64,000 nt of DNA from Chitinophagaceae bacterium (GCA_947452965.1 CANGEW010000004.1:22955-86954); one strand, 5' to 3'. Positions 1 through 10,861 are shown, counted from the first letter of the stretch. The notes: a model not told the origin generated them from the letters alone. Translations and numbers: made by a program.

Positions 1-36
1 AAAAAACTATTTTTTTATTTCATTGAATAAAGCCAG

Positions 37-1515
37 ATGCGTAATTTCTTTTTAATAGTGTATTTACTAACCACTCCTGTTTTTCTTCAGGCACAAAGAA
101 TTGCAATAGGTTCGATTTCACCTGACTCTTCAGCTAAATTAGATATATCTTCAAATACTGGAGGGTTTTTGCCTCCTCGTATGACTTACGTTCAAAGAAA
201 TGCCATTCAAAATCCTGCCCAAGGCCTTATTTTATATTGTATAGACTGTGGTATAGATGGAGAGCTAGAATATTTTAATGGACAATCTTGGAAAAATTTT
301 AGTGGAGGAACTGCAGCAACTGCAAAAAATATTCCTACGATTTCTACCACAACCACGAGCAACGTAACGAATACAGCCGTATTATCTGGAGGTAATGTTT
401 TGAATGATGGAGGATTACCTGTGCTTTCTAGAGGTGTTGTATGGAGTGATACAGGAGTACCCACAATAAATTTACCTACAAAAACAATAGATAGCAGCGG
501 GGTTGGGATATTTACCAGTCGAATTGCTGGACTTACTCCTAATACCACTTATCAATTAAGAGCATATGCAACCAATGCATTGGGAACAGCTTACGGAGAC
601 CTATATACGTTTAATACTTTGTTAGATTCAGGCAAGTATTATGAATATGCGATTCTTCCTTCAGCAACTCATTCGGCTATTACTACTTATAATAATGAAC
701 ATGAGGTTGTACTAGATACAAGAGTGCCTTTAAAGAATAAATTATTTCTATTTTTACCGGGTACTACAGGATATCCAGCTGTATATAAGCAAATAGTAAA
801 AAGGGCAGCTGCATTAGGTTATCATGCAATTGGGTTAATGTATCCCAATAATTCAGATATATATACAGCAGCCGGTTCTAACAATGATTTGAATGAATTT
901 GGAAAATGCAGACAAGAGATTTTTGATGGTTCGGATCAAACCACAGGGGTAAATGTGAATACTGATAATTGTATTAAAACAAGACTCAATAAGCTTTTAG
1001 TATATTTGCAGCAACATTATCCAGGCCAAGCTTGGCAACAATTTTTAGTAAATGGTGAGATAGATTGGTCAAAGTGTGTTGTTTCAGGGCATTCACAGGG
1101 GGGCGGCCATGCTTTTTTTATAGCAAAGAAATTTTTAGTGGATAGAGTAATAAGTTTTTCATCAATTGATTGGAATACAAATCTCAATCAAAGTGCTACT
1201 TGGGTAACTCAACCAGGACCAACACCTATTTCAAAATTCTATTCTTTTAACGGATTAAGAGATCAAATTTTTAGTTATTCAAATGTAGTAACACAACTTT
1301 CTGAAATGGGATTAACGGGCCCGGCAATCAGTATTGACTCCAATCAGCCGCCATATTCCAATAGTCATACTTTAACCACCAATGCAACTGCATCAATATT
1401 GGTTTTATTTCCAGATCATAATATTACCGTATTAGATGCGTATGTTCCAAAAGACAATCAGGGTAATGTGGTTAGCAGTTTTTTAAATGCTTGGACGTAT
1501 TTGCTGAATTATTAA
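37..1515 (+). CDS. Secreted modular protein: Bacteroidota N-terminal LDxxSxxxGFLPPRMT module, FN3-like domain and C-terminal alpha/beta hydrolase (BPSS1187-like esterase)
   Basis: Signal peptide ending LQA-Q; SAKLDISSNTGGFLPPRMT; GLTPNTTYQLRAYATN..GTAYG; FLPGT oxyanion region and GHSQGG nucleophile elbow. Confidence 0.65.
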   Translation: MRNFFLIVYLLTTPVFLQAQRIAIGSISPDSSAKLDISSNTGGFLPPRMTYVQRNAIQNPAQGLILYCIDCGIDGELEYFNGQSWKNFSGGTAATAKNIPTISTTTTSNVTNTAVLSGGNVLNDGGLPVLSRGVVWSDTGVPTINLPTKTIDSSGVGIFTSRIAGLTPNTTYQLRAYATNALGTAYGDLYTFNTLLDSGKYYEYAILPSATHSAITTYNNEHEVVLDTRVPLKNKLFLFLPGTTGYPAVYKQIVKRAAALGYHAIGLMYPNNSDIYTAAGSNNDLNEFGKCRQEIFDGSDQTTGVNVNTDNCIKTRLNKLLVYLQQHYPGQAWQQFLVNGEIDWSKCVVSGHSQGGGHAFFIAKKFLVDRVISFSSIDWNTNLNQSATWVTQPGPTPISKFYSFNGLRDQIFSYSNVVTQLSEMGLTGPAISIDSNQPPYSNSHTLTTNATASILVLFPDHNITVLDAYVPKDNQGNVVSSFLNAWTYLLNY

Positions 1516-1550
1516 ATATTGTGTTTTATATAGAAAAAAATTATGAGCAC

Positions 1551-1580
1551 AAAAAAGGTTCGAATTTCGAACCTTTTTTT
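1551..1580. terminator. Bidirectional intrinsic terminator between convergent ORF1 and icd
   Basis: Perfect inverted repeat AAAAAAGGTTCGAA-T-TTCGAACCTTTTTT with A/T tracts on both sides. Confidence 0.85.
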
Positions 1581-1585
1581 ATTTA

Positions 1586-2818
1586 TTATAACCCCATTTT
1601 TGATTTTAGATTACTATCAATTGCATCTAAAAATTCTTCGGTATAAAGGTAATGATCACCATGACTAACTTTATTTCCGTGAATGCAAACGGCTAAGTCT
1701 TTTGTCATTTTGCCACTTTCTACTGTTTCAATACAAACAGCTTCTAGGGCGTTACAGAAATTGATTAATTCCTGGTTGTTATCTAGTTTACCACGAAAAG
1801 CCAAGCCTCTTGTCCAAGCAAAAATGGATGCAATTGGGTTGGTACTAGTAGGTTTACCTGCTTGGTGATCACGGTAGTGACGTGTTACGGTGCCATGAGC
1901 CGCTTCTGATTCCATTGTTTTTCCATCTGGAGTTACGAGAACAGAAGTCATGAGTCCTAGAGACCCAAACCCTTGAGCAACGGTATCACTTTGTACGTCT
2001 CCGTCATAGTTTTTACAAGCCCAAACAAAATTTCCATTCCATTTTAAAGCACTGGCAACCATGTCATCAATCAATCGGTGTTCGTATGTGATTCCAGCAG
2101 TTTCGTATTGAGCTTTGAATTCATTTTGATATACTTCTTCAAAAATATCTTTGAATCTTCCATCGTATTTTTTTAAGATAGTATTTTTTGTAGAAAGATA
2201 CAATGGCCATTTTTTGCTTAATGCCATATTGAAACAGCTTCTGGCAAATCCATAAATACTCTCATCGGTATTGTACATAGCCATTGCCACGCCATCGCCT
2301 TTGTAATTGTAAACTTCAAAAACTTGAGGCTCACCTCCGCCTTCTGGTGTAAAGGTCATAGTAAGCTTCCCTTTTCCTTTGATAACTGTGTCGGTTGCAC
2401 GATATTGATCACCAAATGCATGACGTCCCACAATGATGGGAGCTGTCCAATTGTTTACCAATCTAGGCACATTTTTCATTACAATAGGCTCTCTAAAAAC
2501 AGTGCCATCTAAAATATTCCGAATGGTTCCATTAGGGCTTTTCCACATTTGTTTTAAACTGAATTCCTTTACACGAGCTTCATCAGGTGTAATGGTAGCG
2601 CATTTGATTCCTACGCCACAGGCCTTGATTGCATTAGCCGCATCAATGGTTACTTGATCGTTTGTTGCATCTCTATGTTCCATTCCTAGATCAAAATATT
2701 GAATAGGAACTTCTAAATAAGGAAGAATTAATTTGTCTTTGATGAATTTCCAGATAATGCGAGTCATTTCATCGCCATCTAATTCTACTACGGGATTACT
2801 TACTTTAATTTTTGCCAT
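1586..2818 (-). CDS. icd: NADP-dependent isocitrate dehydrogenase (type II, eukaryote-like)
   Basis: [54 protein letters not shown]. Confidence 0.97.
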   Translation of the reverse strand: MAKIKVSNPVVELDGDEMTRIIWKFIKDKLILPYLEVPIQYFDLGMEHRDATNDQVTIDAANAIKACGVGIKCATITPDEARVKEFSLKQMWKSPNGTIRNILDGTVFREPIVMKNVPRLVNNWTAPIIVGRHAFGDQYRATDTVIKGKGKLTMTFTPEGGGEPQVFEVYNYKGDGVAMAMYNTDESIYGFARSCFNMALSKKWPLYLSTKNTILKKYDGRFKDIFEEVYQNEFKAQYETAGITYEHRLIDDMVASALKWNGNFVWACKNYDGDVQSDTVAQGFGSLGLMTSVLVTPDGKTMESEAAHGTVTRHYRDHQAGKPTSTNPIASIFAWTRGLAFRGKLDNNQELINFCNALEAVCIETVESGKMTKDLAVCIHGNKVSHGDHYLYTEEFLDAIDSNLKSKMGL

Positions 2819-2838
2819 ACTTCTAATAATTTGAAGCG

Positions 2839-2846
2839 CAAAAGTA
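2839..2846 (-). promoter_or_regulatory. Bacteroidota -7 promoter element (TACTTTTG) for icd
   Basis: Matches TAnnTTTG, 20 nt upstream of the icd ATG. Confidence 0.65.
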
Positions 2847-2863
2847 AGGATTATTTATATTTA

Positions 2864-4114
2864 TTAAGCTTGCTCTTCCCAAATTTGACACAAGTGCACA
2901 ATGGTTTCGGTTGCTTTTGCCATATCTTCTACACCAATCCATTCAAGTTTGCTGTGTATATTTTGCATGCCGGTAAAAATATTGGGGCAAGGAAGGCCCA
3001 TATAGCTAAGTCTGCTGCCATCTGTACCCCCACGAATACTTTCTTTTTTAAGGTCCAGTCCAGCTCTTTTGATTGCTTCTGCAGCATTGGCGGCTACTGC
3101 TGGGTATTGGTCTAGCACTTCTTTCATGTTTCTGTATTGTTCTTGTGCTACATACTCCATGGAAGCTCCAGGATAGGAAGCTACTACTTCTTGGGCAATT
3201 TTTTTTAGTCTTTCATGGTGTGCTAACAACCCTTCAAGGGTAAAGTCTCTCACTATAAATTGAATGGTTGACTTTTCAGCAATGCCATTTACAGCAACAG
3301 GATGAACAAATCCTTGTCTGCCTTCGGTTGTTTCTGGGCTCCATTCATTTTTGGGTAATGCATTAAGAACGTCTCCGGCTATTTTGATAGCATTCACTAG
3401 GGTGTCTTTAGCATAACCAGGATGTGCAATTACTCCATGTATAGTGATTGTAGCAGCATCTGCGCTAAAGGTTTCATCTTCCAAGCTTCCGGCTTCACCT
3501 CCATCTAATGTATATCCAAAAGACGCACCAATCTTTTGCATATCAATTTTTGCTGTTCCTTGTCCTACTTCTTCATCAGGTGTAAATACGATTTTGACAT
3601 CTCCATGTTTAATACTTGGATTTTGCAACATGGTGCGAACAGCTTGCATAATTACAGCCACTCCGCTTTTATCATCTGCACCCAGTAGGGTATTCCCACT
3701 AGCCGTGATTATGTTTTTTCCGATGTGTTTTTGTAAATAAGGACTGTTGGTAATTGATAAGACTTGTGTTGTATCATCTGGAAGTACAATATCATTACCA
3801 GAGTAGTTTTCATGCAGTATTGGTTTTACATTATATCCACTGCAATCTGGAGCGGTGTCTACATGAGAACAAAAACAGATGATAGGTATGTTTTTTTTAT
3901 CAGAGTTAGTGGAAATGCTAGCATACACATATCCAAATGCATCTTCTTCTGCATCACTCACACCCATTGATACTAATTCTTCTTGAAGAAGTTTGCTTAA
4001 ATTCTTTTGTTTCTCAGTAGTAGGATGTTGAATACTATTGGGATCGCTTTGGGTGTCTATCTGAACATAACGCATAAAGCGGTCTGTAAGTTCTTTTTTA
4101 TTTATAGAAACCAT
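2864..4114 (-). CDS. pepT: Peptidase T (M20B tripeptidase)
   Basis: RFMRYVQIDTQS, HVDT, LGADDKSG, FTPDEEVG, IRGGTDG. Confidence 0.95.
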   Translation of the reverse strand: MVSINKKELTDRFMRYVQIDTQSDPNSIQHPTTEKQKNLSKLLQEELVSMGVSDAEEDAFGYVYASISTNSDKKNIPIICFCSHVDTAPDCSGYNVKPILHENYSGNDIVLPDDTTQVLSITNSPYLQKHIGKNIITASGNTLLGADDKSGVAVIMQAVRTMLQNPSIKHGDVKIVFTPDEEVGQGTAKIDMQKIGASFGYTLDGGEAGSLEDETFSADAATITIHGVIAHPGYAKDTLVNAIKIAGDVLNALPKNEWSPETTEGRQGFVHPVAVNGIAEKSTIQFIVRDFTLEGLLAHHERLKKIAQEVVASYPGASMEYVAQEQYRNMKEVLDQYPAVAANAAEAIKRAGLDLKKESIRGGTDGSRLSYMGLPCPNIFTGMQNIHSKLEWIGVEDMAKATETIVHLCQIWEEQA

Positions 4115-4168
4115 AAGTAAAAGTTGTTAATTTTTTCTACGAGGAAATTTAAAAAAATAATCAACTGA

Positions 4169-4597
4169 TTAAGCAATTTCAACCAATTCAATATCAAAAA
4201 CAAGTTCTTTTCCAGCTAAAAAATGGTTCGCATCTAAAAGAATTACGTCTTCTTTTATTTCCATAACTACTACAGGAAAAGGTTGTCCCATTTCGTTGTT
4301 TAATGATAATGTCATCCCCAACTCTAATTTCATGCCTTCTGGAACATTAGAAGCAGGAAAAGGGATGATAGCTTCTTCACTTCTAACGCCATAAGCATCT
4401 TCTGGTGCGATTTGAATCGTTTTTTTCTCTCCAATCGTCATGCCAGGCATTGCGGCATCAAATCCTTTGATCATTTGTCCCGCACCTACTGTGAATTCAA
4501 GTGGTTCTCTACCAGTAGAAGAATCAAATTGTTCGCCTGAGGTTAATTTTCCTGTGTAATGTACCTTTACCAAATCGCCAGCTTTAACTTGTTGCAT
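4169..4597 (-). CDS. slyD: FKBP-type peptidyl-prolyl isomerase, SlyD-like without the His-rich tail
   Basis: VKVHYTG, FDSS, GAGQMIKGF, PEDAYG, DANHFLAGKEL.F. Confidence 0.88.
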   Translation of the reverse strand: MQQVKAGDLVKVHYTGKLTSGEQFDSSTGREPLEFTVGAGQMIKGFDAAMPGMTIGEKKTIQIAPEDAYGVRSEEAIIPFPASNVPEGMKLELGMTLSLNNEMGQPFPVVVMEIKEDVILLDANHFLAGKELVFDIELVEIA

Positions 4598-4763
4598 AAA
4601 TTGTTTTTTTTGATTTTTTGTAAAAAAGCGTCTACATTCAATTACACCTTTCTACTTAGTTACAAGTGGGGGCAAATGGAAAGTAAAATGCACTGATTTT
4701 TAGGCAATATTATAAAGAAAAAACAACTCTGCCGAATTAAAAAACTTTGCTCAACTTTGATAT

Positions 4764-6008
4764 ATGAATAAAATATACAGCTGTATAATATTTCTAATGC
4801 TTTTTGCATTGATAGCGCCATCACAGAGGGCAACTTTAAAAAAAAGAAAACTTCTTCATCAAACGCAGCAAATCATTCCAGGAGATGAAAAAATGGAATT
4901 GTATTTGCCTTTATTACAAGGGAAAAAAGTCGCTGTTTTTGCTAATCAAACTTCTGTAATTAAAGGCTCGCATATTGTAGACACTTTGGTAAAAAAAGGG
5001 GTAGATGTTGTTGTGATTTTTGGTCCAGAACATGGGTTTAGAGGTACTGCAGACGCAGGAGAACATGTATTAGATGGAATAGATTCAAAAACTGGTATTC
5101 CTGTTATTAGTTTATATGGGGATCATAAAAAACCCACAAAAGACGATCTGAAAGGGGTGGACGTGATTTTATTTGATATTCAGGATGTTGGTGTTCGTTT
5201 TTACACCTATATATCTTCTCTTCAATATTTAATGGAGGCGGCGTTAGATCAAAATAAGCCCTTGATTATTTTGGATAGACCTAATCCAAACGGTTTTTAT
5301 ATTGATGGACCAGTATTAGATACTGCTTTTAGAAGCTTTGTGGGTATGCAGCCTGTTCCAATTGTATATGGGATGACAATCGGCGAATATGCCTTAATGT
5401 TATATGGAGAAAAATGGCTGCAATTGAATACATACAATGAACAAAAAAAGAAATTAATAACTGTGATTTCATGTAAAAATTATACACATGATTCTAAATA
5501 TGCACTTCCAGTAAATCCTTCCCCCAATTTGAGAGAAATGCAATCTATTTATTTATATCCTTCCCTATGTTTTTTCGAAGGGACTGTTATTAGTGAGGGA
5601 AGGGGAACGTCAACCCCCTTTCAAGTTTTTGGGCATCCGGACTTGCCTCATCGTTTGTATTCTTTTACACCTCTTCCAAATGAAGGCGCAAAAAGCAGTA
5701 AATGTTTTTATAAAAAATGCTACGGATGGATTTTGTCAGGCTCTGAAAAAGAAGTTCTTGATTTGTTAGATAAAAAAATTCAGTTACAATATCTAATTAA
5801 AGCCTATCAACAATTTCCTGGAAAGGATAGCTTTTTCTTGAAAAATAATTTCTTTAATAAATTAGCAGGAAACGACAGGTTGATGAGACAAATAAAAGAA
5901 GGAGTTACTGAATCAGAAATCAGAAAAAGTTGGAACCCTGCATTAGATTCATTTAAAGTAGTTAGAAAAAAATATTTATTGTATAAAGATTTTGAAAATA
6001 AAAAGTAA
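4764..6008 (+). CDS. namZ: Exo-beta-N-acetylmuramidase, NamZ family (DUF1343)
   Basis: FGPEHGFRG, FDIQDVGVRFYTYIS, LDRPNP, SEGRGT; N-terminal signal peptide. Confidence 0.9.
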   Translation: MNKIYSCIIFLMLFALIAPSQRATLKKRKLLHQTQQIIPGDEKMELYLPLLQGKKVAVFANQTSVIKGSHIVDTLVKKGVDVVVIFGPEHGFRGTADAGEHVLDGIDSKTGIPVISLYGDHKKPTKDDLKGVDVILFDIQDVGVRFYTYISSLQYLMEAALDQNKPLIILDRPNPNGFYIDGPVLDTAFRSFVGMQPVPIVYGMTIGEYALMLYGEKWLQLNTYNEQKKKLITVISCKNYTHDSKYALPVNPSPNLREMQSIYLYPSLCFFEGTVISEGRGTSTPFQVFGHPDLPHRLYSFTPLPNEGAKSSKCFYKKCYGWILSGSEKEVLDLLDKKIQLQYLIKAYQQFPGKDSFFLKNNFFNKLAGNDRLMRQIKEGVTESEIRKSWNPALDSFKVVRKKYLLYKDFENKK

Positions 6009-6010
6009 GA

Positions 6011-6943
6011 ATGAGTTATAAAAATTTGAGAATTGTTTTTATGGGAACCCCTTCTTTTGCTGTGGCATCTTTGGAAAAACTGTTAGAAGCTGGTTGCAAT
6101 ATTGTGGGGGTAGTAACTTCTCCAGATAAACCAGCTGGGAGAGGATTACAAATGCAACAAAGTGAAGTTAAAAAATTTGCAACGTCAAAAGGGTTATTAG
6201 TACTACAACCTGAAAAATTGAAAGAGCCATCTTTTGTAAGTCAATTAGAAGAACTGCATGCAGACTTACAAATAGTAGTAGCTTTTAGAATGCTTCCTGA
6301 AATAATTTGGAATATGCCTCCAATGGGCACTGTCAATTTACACGGGTCCTTACTCCCACAATACAGAGGAGCTGCCCCTATTAATTGGGCTATCATGAAT
6401 GGAGAAAAAGTAACAGGGGTAACTACTTTTAAATTAAAACATGAAATCGATACGGGGGATATTTTACTTTCTGAAACTATAGAAATCACACCAGAAGAAA
6501 CTGCTGGAACTTTGCATGATAAAATGATGATAGTTGGTGCTGATGTGTTATTGAAGACTGTAGAATTGCTTTCATTAAATAAATGTGACGAAATCCCACA
6601 ACAAAGTCACATGAATATAAAATCAGCTCCGAAAATATTTACTGAAATCTGCAAAATTGATTGGGAAAATTGTTGTGAAGATATTTTTAATAAAATAAGA
6701 GGCTTATCCCCATATCCTGGTGCGTTTACTTATTTGGAAGCAAAAAAACTAAAAGTCTTTTTTGCCAGTATAGAAATTACGCCCACAAATACAAAAGTTG
6801 GCGTGATACAAACCGATCAAAAAAGTTATATTAGAGTAACAGCAAATAACGGGTACGTATATCTCACAGATATACAACTAGAAGGTAAAAAAAGAATGAG
6901 TGTTAGCGATTTTTTAAGAGGTTACCGAATGGGTAATAATTAA
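6011..6943 (+). CDS. fmt: Methionyl-tRNA formyltransferase
   Basis: IVFMGTPSFA, PDKPAGRG, NLHGSLLPQYRGAAPINWAI. Confidence 0.97.
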   Translation: MSYKNLRIVFMGTPSFAVASLEKLLEAGCNIVGVVTSPDKPAGRGLQMQQSEVKKFATSKGLLVLQPEKLKEPSFVSQLEELHADLQIVVAFRMLPEIIWNMPPMGTVNLHGSLLPQYRGAAPINWAIMNGEKVTGVTTFKLKHEIDTGDILLSETIEITPEETAGTLHDKMMIVGADVLLKTVELLSLNKCDEIPQQSHMNIKSAPKIFTEICKIDWENCCEDIFNKIRGLSPYPGAFTYLEAKKLKVFFASIEITPTNTKVGVIQTDQKSYIRVTANNGYVYLTDIQLEGKKRMSVSDFLRGYRMGNN

Positions 6944-7944
6944 TAAGCAATCATTACATCAAATGTTTCTGAGGTGGCGCCTAACTCTTCTGCAGCTGCT
7001 TTGCTAATGCTTAATACTAGCTCACTGTTTTTATTAATGTCTGGAATTACATCCAATACTTTCGCATATACAAAACGTTTATTGGCTTTATTGGTGACTT
7101 TTACAATAGTACCTGCTAAAGCTTTGTTATGCAAACAATAGTACATCCCATCATCCCATCCACTGGTGCTTTTAAATTGTCCTGCTTTTCCAGATTCCTC
7201 AACTGAACTAGATTTTCCTTTTGATTGCTCTGTGTATTGAGCTTTGAAAAATCCTCCATCTGCGTATTTTCTTGATCCAGGTGCCGGGGGAATGTAAGTG
7301 GTTGTGTCAGTGATTTTGATTTTTGGCTGAGTATTTGTTTCAGATGTAGTTGGTGCAATGACTTGTGTGTTATTATTATTTGTTGAATTGATAGCAATAG
7401 GTTTAGAAATAGTTTTTGTCTCTTCGCTTGCAGTGATTTTTGTCCCCCCATTTTTAGTGTACCCAACAATCAAATTTGTTCCTTCGTTTACGGCGTCTGA
7501 TGTTAAGTTATTCCATTTTTTTAAACTGTCCATAGGGACTTTATTGTATTGCATGCGGATTTGAAATAGGTTCTCTTTCTTTTGAACAACATGATAAATA
7601 GGAGAGAGCGTTTCAGGAACAGCCTTTGTTTCAACAGCCTTAGTTGTTTTTGTGGGAGAAGACTTCTTTTGATCTGAAGCTTCAGGAGTGGTTTTTGTAA
7701 CAACGTTTGTTGTTGCTAACGGCTGCATAGTAGTCTTAGCAGGTATTTTAATAACCTGGCCCATTGTTAAACCTTGTTCGAAAGGAATATTGTTGTATGC
7801 GGCTAATTCTCTTGGGTGAACGTTGTAAATTCTGCCAATAGAAAAAAGAGTTTCTTTTGGTCCAACAGTGTGTGTTTTTTGAGCGAGAGCAAAAACAGGA
7901 AGAAAAAATAAAACAAAAAAGATTTTTTTTAGTAGGTGTTTCAT
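6940..7944 (-). CDS. Secreted protein with two LysM domains and a C-terminal DPBB/RlpA-like domain
   Basis: HTVGPKETLFSIGRIY and HVVQKKENLFQI..WNNL LysM repeats; C-terminal CLH...GTIVKVTN...LSISKAAAEELG. Confidence 0.8.
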   Translation of the reverse strand: MKHLLKKIFFVLFFLPVFALAQKTHTVGPKETLFSIGRIYNVHPRELAAYNNIPFEQGLTMGQVIKIPAKTTMQPLATTNVVTKTTPEASDQKKSSPTKTTKAVETKAVPETLSPIYHVVQKKENLFQIRMQYNKVPMDSLKKWNNLTSDAVNEGTNLIVGYTKNGGTKITASEETKTISKPIAINSTNNNNTQVIAPTTSETNTQPKIKITDTTTYIPPAPGSRKYADGGFFKAQYTEQSKGKSSSVEESGKAGQFKSTSGWDDGMYYCLHNKALAGTIVKVTNKANKRFVYAKVLDVIPDINKNSELVLSISKAAAEELGATSETFDVMIAY

Positions 7945-8000
7945 TTTTTAAAAGTTTAATTACTCACAAATATGAGAAATAATATTGGTTTATTGCTATG

Positions 8001-9371
8001 TTACTTATGAATTATCCTCCATTCTTTAGGGTAGTAATTATTAATACGATTGGGTAAAATTTTTGCAAAGCCTAAGGGCAAACCTTTGTATTGAATAATT
8101 ACCCATCCCAATAACTCACTTTGTATATTTATTGTATGTAAACGTAAATAATCAAGTGCTTGTGGCAGAGTTAGCTCAATAAATGGTATTTTATTCGAAT
8201 AAAAAGTACTCATTGCTAAATCATGTGATGGTATGATGGAATCTCTAGCAATGGTTCCAATGTTTACGCCCACCTTTTTTATGTACAAGTTTTTTTGGAG
8301 AAAGGGTATTTCTTGTAACAGAAGATTTGGAAAAGCAATCAAATGATCCTTCCATTGAAAAACGCCTGTTGCATCATCTAGTACTGTCCAATTTTTAATG
8401 GAGTCCTTATTTTTTATGATTTGTAGTTTCTCTGTATTTCCTTTTTTGTATTGATGGTGTACACTTTCTTTTTTTCTAAAAGCACTCATAAAAAAGCCTT
8501 CTCCTTTCACTTTGTCTGGATAACATCTGTACCCATACCCTTTTTTTATTGGGCTCATTGTTTCTATAATATTCCAATTAGCGTTAAGTTTTAATCCTAT
8601 ACTTTCCATTTCATAGTTAGAGAGTAGCCAATCTATTATATTTTCATTTTCACTCTCAGAGTATGAGCAGGTGGAGTATACTAAAATGCCTCCGGGTTTT
8701 AAGGAAAGCATAATATCGGCCAGGATTCTTTCTTGTCTCTGACTGCAAAGCTTAACATTATCCAGGCTCCATTCATTGATGGCATTTGGGTCTTTTCGAA
8801 ATAATCCACTTCCACTGCAGGGTGCATCAACAACAATCACATCAAAATAATTAGGTAGTCGTTGAAAATCTTTTGGGTCATTGTTTGTCACCAAAACATT
8901 CATCGCCCCCCATTTTGTAATATTTTCTGTAAGTATAGATGCTCTTGATTTAATAACTTCGTTGGATATTAATAAACTTTCTTTCGATAAAATTGATTGT
9001 AACAAAGTTGATTTTCCTCCAGGTGCGGCACATAGGTCTAATACTTTTAGCGGTTCATGCAGTTGGCAAGTTTGTGTCAATGCTTCTTGTATGAGCATGC
9101 TGCTAGCTTCTTGAACGTAATAACATCCTGCATGAAACAATGGATCTAATGTAAAAGATGGACGATTGGTCAGATAGTAACCATGTGACGCCCATGGAAT
9201 TTTTTCTTCAATTGAAATAGCGGAATCAGAAATGGAAAATGGTTTATTTGGATTAATCCTTATGGAAGTTATTTGATTATCTTCTTTATGTGAATCTAAA
9301 AAAGCAGTGGAATCAAATCCAGGCAATCCTTTCAGAGAATCAATGAATACATTTGGTAAAGTAGTTTTCAT
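8001..9371 (-). CDS. rsmF: RsmF/NOL1/NOP2-family RNA m5C methyltransferase
   Basis: YYVQEASSM, LDLCAAPGGKST, DAPCSGSG, YSTCS; C-terminal RINNYYPKEWRI. Confidence 0.85.
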   Translation of the reverse strand: MKTTLPNVFIDSLKGLPGFDSTAFLDSHKEDNQITSIRINPNKPFSISDSAISIEEKIPWASHGYYLTNRPSFTLDPLFHAGCYYVQEASSMLIQEALTQTCQLHEPLKVLDLCAAPGGKSTLLQSILSKESLLISNEVIKSRASILTENITKWGAMNVLVTNNDPKDFQRLPNYFDVIVVDAPCSGSGLFRKDPNAINEWSLDNVKLCSQRQERILADIMLSLKPGGILVYSTCSYSESENENIIDWLLSNYEMESIGLKLNANWNIIETMSPIKKGYGYRCYPDKVKGEGFFMSAFRKKESVHHQYKKGNTEKLQIIKNKDSIKNWTVLDDATGVFQWKDHLIAFPNLLLQEIPFLQKNLYIKKVGVNIGTIARDSIIPSHDLAMSTFYSNKIPFIELTLPQALDYLRLHTINIQSELLGWVIIQYKGLPLGFAKILPNRINNYYPKEWRIIHK

Positions 9372-9427
9372 ATAAAATTACTTATCGCTTTTACATGACA
9401 AGTTAATTACCAAACGAATTTGGATGG

Positions 9428-10861
9428 TTATGAATTTTTAATCTCTGTGCATAGGTCTTGCAATACTTTTTTTGCGTCACCAAAAAGCATAGAGGTTTTT
9501 GGTCTGAAGAATAAATCGTTTTCGATGCCGGCATAACCTGGCTTCATACTACGTTTATTTACTATTACAGTCTTTGCTAATTCAACATTTAAAATAGGCA
9601 TTCCGTAAATTGGTGAAGCGGGGTCGGATTTCGCAGCTGGGTTAACGACATCATTGGCTCCAAGTATAAAAACAACATCAGTTGTTGCAAATTCATCATT
9701 GGCTTGTTCCATTTCAAGAAGATGGTCATAACTAACATCCGCTTCCGCTAACAATACATTCATGTGTCCAGGCATACGACCTGCAACCGGATGAATGGCA
9801 TATTTTACTTCTACCCCTTTTTCTGTAAGAATTTTTTCTAATTCATGACAAGCATGTTGCGCCTGTGCCACTGCCAATCCATATCCAGGTACAATCATTA
9901 CTTTATTGGCATAGGTCATTACCATAGCTGTATCACTCAAAGAAATTTCTTTATGATGTCCTTGTGCGCCACCTAATGAACCAGCTACACCTGCTTTAGC
10001 TCCTCCACCAAAAGAGCCAATCAATACATTTTTTAAAGAACGATTCATGGCTTTACACATCAATATGGTTAATAAAGTTCCTGCGGCACCTACCAATATT
10101 CCTCCTGTCAACATTACTTTATTGTCATATAAAAAACCTCCGCAAGCAGCTGCAACACCAGTAAATGAATTCAATAATGAAATTACCACTGGCATATCTG
10201 CTCCGCCAATTGGCATAACAAAAAAGATACCATATATCAAAGAAAGAGCTAGAATAACATATAGTAACATGCTTTGCTCAGGATGCATTACTAAAAAAGT
10301 GGCACAGCCAATAGCCGCTGCCAGCATCAGAAGATTTAGAATGTTTTGACCCGTAAAACTCATGTCTTTTACTTTGCCATTCAATTTACCCCAAGCAATC
10401 ATACTACCAGCAAAAGAAACAGAACCAATGATAAGTCCGATTACGATGATTAACACTTTGGTTTGTTCATGAGGAATAAATAAAGGATTAGGATTAGAAA
10501 GCATTTCTTTACTTAAGTGATTAAACTCTACCAAAGAAATTAATGCAGCACAAGCACCACCCATCCCATTAAACAGACTCACCATTTCTGGCATTGCTGT
10601 CATTTTTACTTTTTTTGCAGCTAAGGTTCCAATAATGGCACCGATGAGCAATCCGCCAAAAATCCATGTGTAATTATGAAGGTATTCGCCTGTTTCGATG
10701 TCTTTGTATAGAAAAATAGTGCCAAAAATTGCTATGCTCATACCGGCAGCAGCTAATAAGTTGCCTTTTCTAGCAGATGCAGGGTTGGAAAGCATTTTAA
10801 GTCCTAAGATAAAAGTAATTGAACCTATTAAGTAACAAATGGTTAGTAAGTATTGACTCAT
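9428..10861 (-). CDS. pntB: NAD(P) transhydrogenase beta subunit
   Basis: MTAMPEMVSLFN, IGGADMPVVISLLNS, PGYGLAVAQAQH, HPVAGRMPGHMNVLLAEA. Confidence 0.97.
   Translation of the reverse strand: MSQYLLTICYLIGSITFILGLKMLSNPASARKGNLLAAAGMSIAIFGTIFLYKDIETGEYLHNYTWIFGGLLIGAIIGTLAAKKVKMTAMPEMVSLFNGMGGACAALISLVEFNHLSKEMLSNPNPLFIPHEQTKVLIIVIGLIIGSVSFAGSMIAWGKLNGKVKDMSFTGQNILNLLMLAAAIGCATFLVMHPEQSMLLYVILALSLIYGIFFVMPIGGADMPVVISLLNSFTGVAAACGGFLYDNKVMLTGGILVGAAGTLLTILMCKAMNRSLKNVLIGSFGGGAKAGVAGSLGGAQGHHKEISLSDTAMVMTYANKVMIVPGYGLAVAQAQHACHELEKILTEKGVEVKYAIHPVAGRMPGHMNVLLAEADVSYDHLLEMEQANDEFATTDVVFILGANDVVNPAAKSDPASPIYGMPILNVELAKTVIVNKRSMKPGYAGIENDLFFRPKTSMLFGDAKKVLQDLCTEIKNS

Noticed and set aside
1557-1566. 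GGTTCGAAT, resembling a tRNA T-loop
   Set aside because: It is one arm of the perfect terminator palindrome; there is no cloverleaf or acceptor stem
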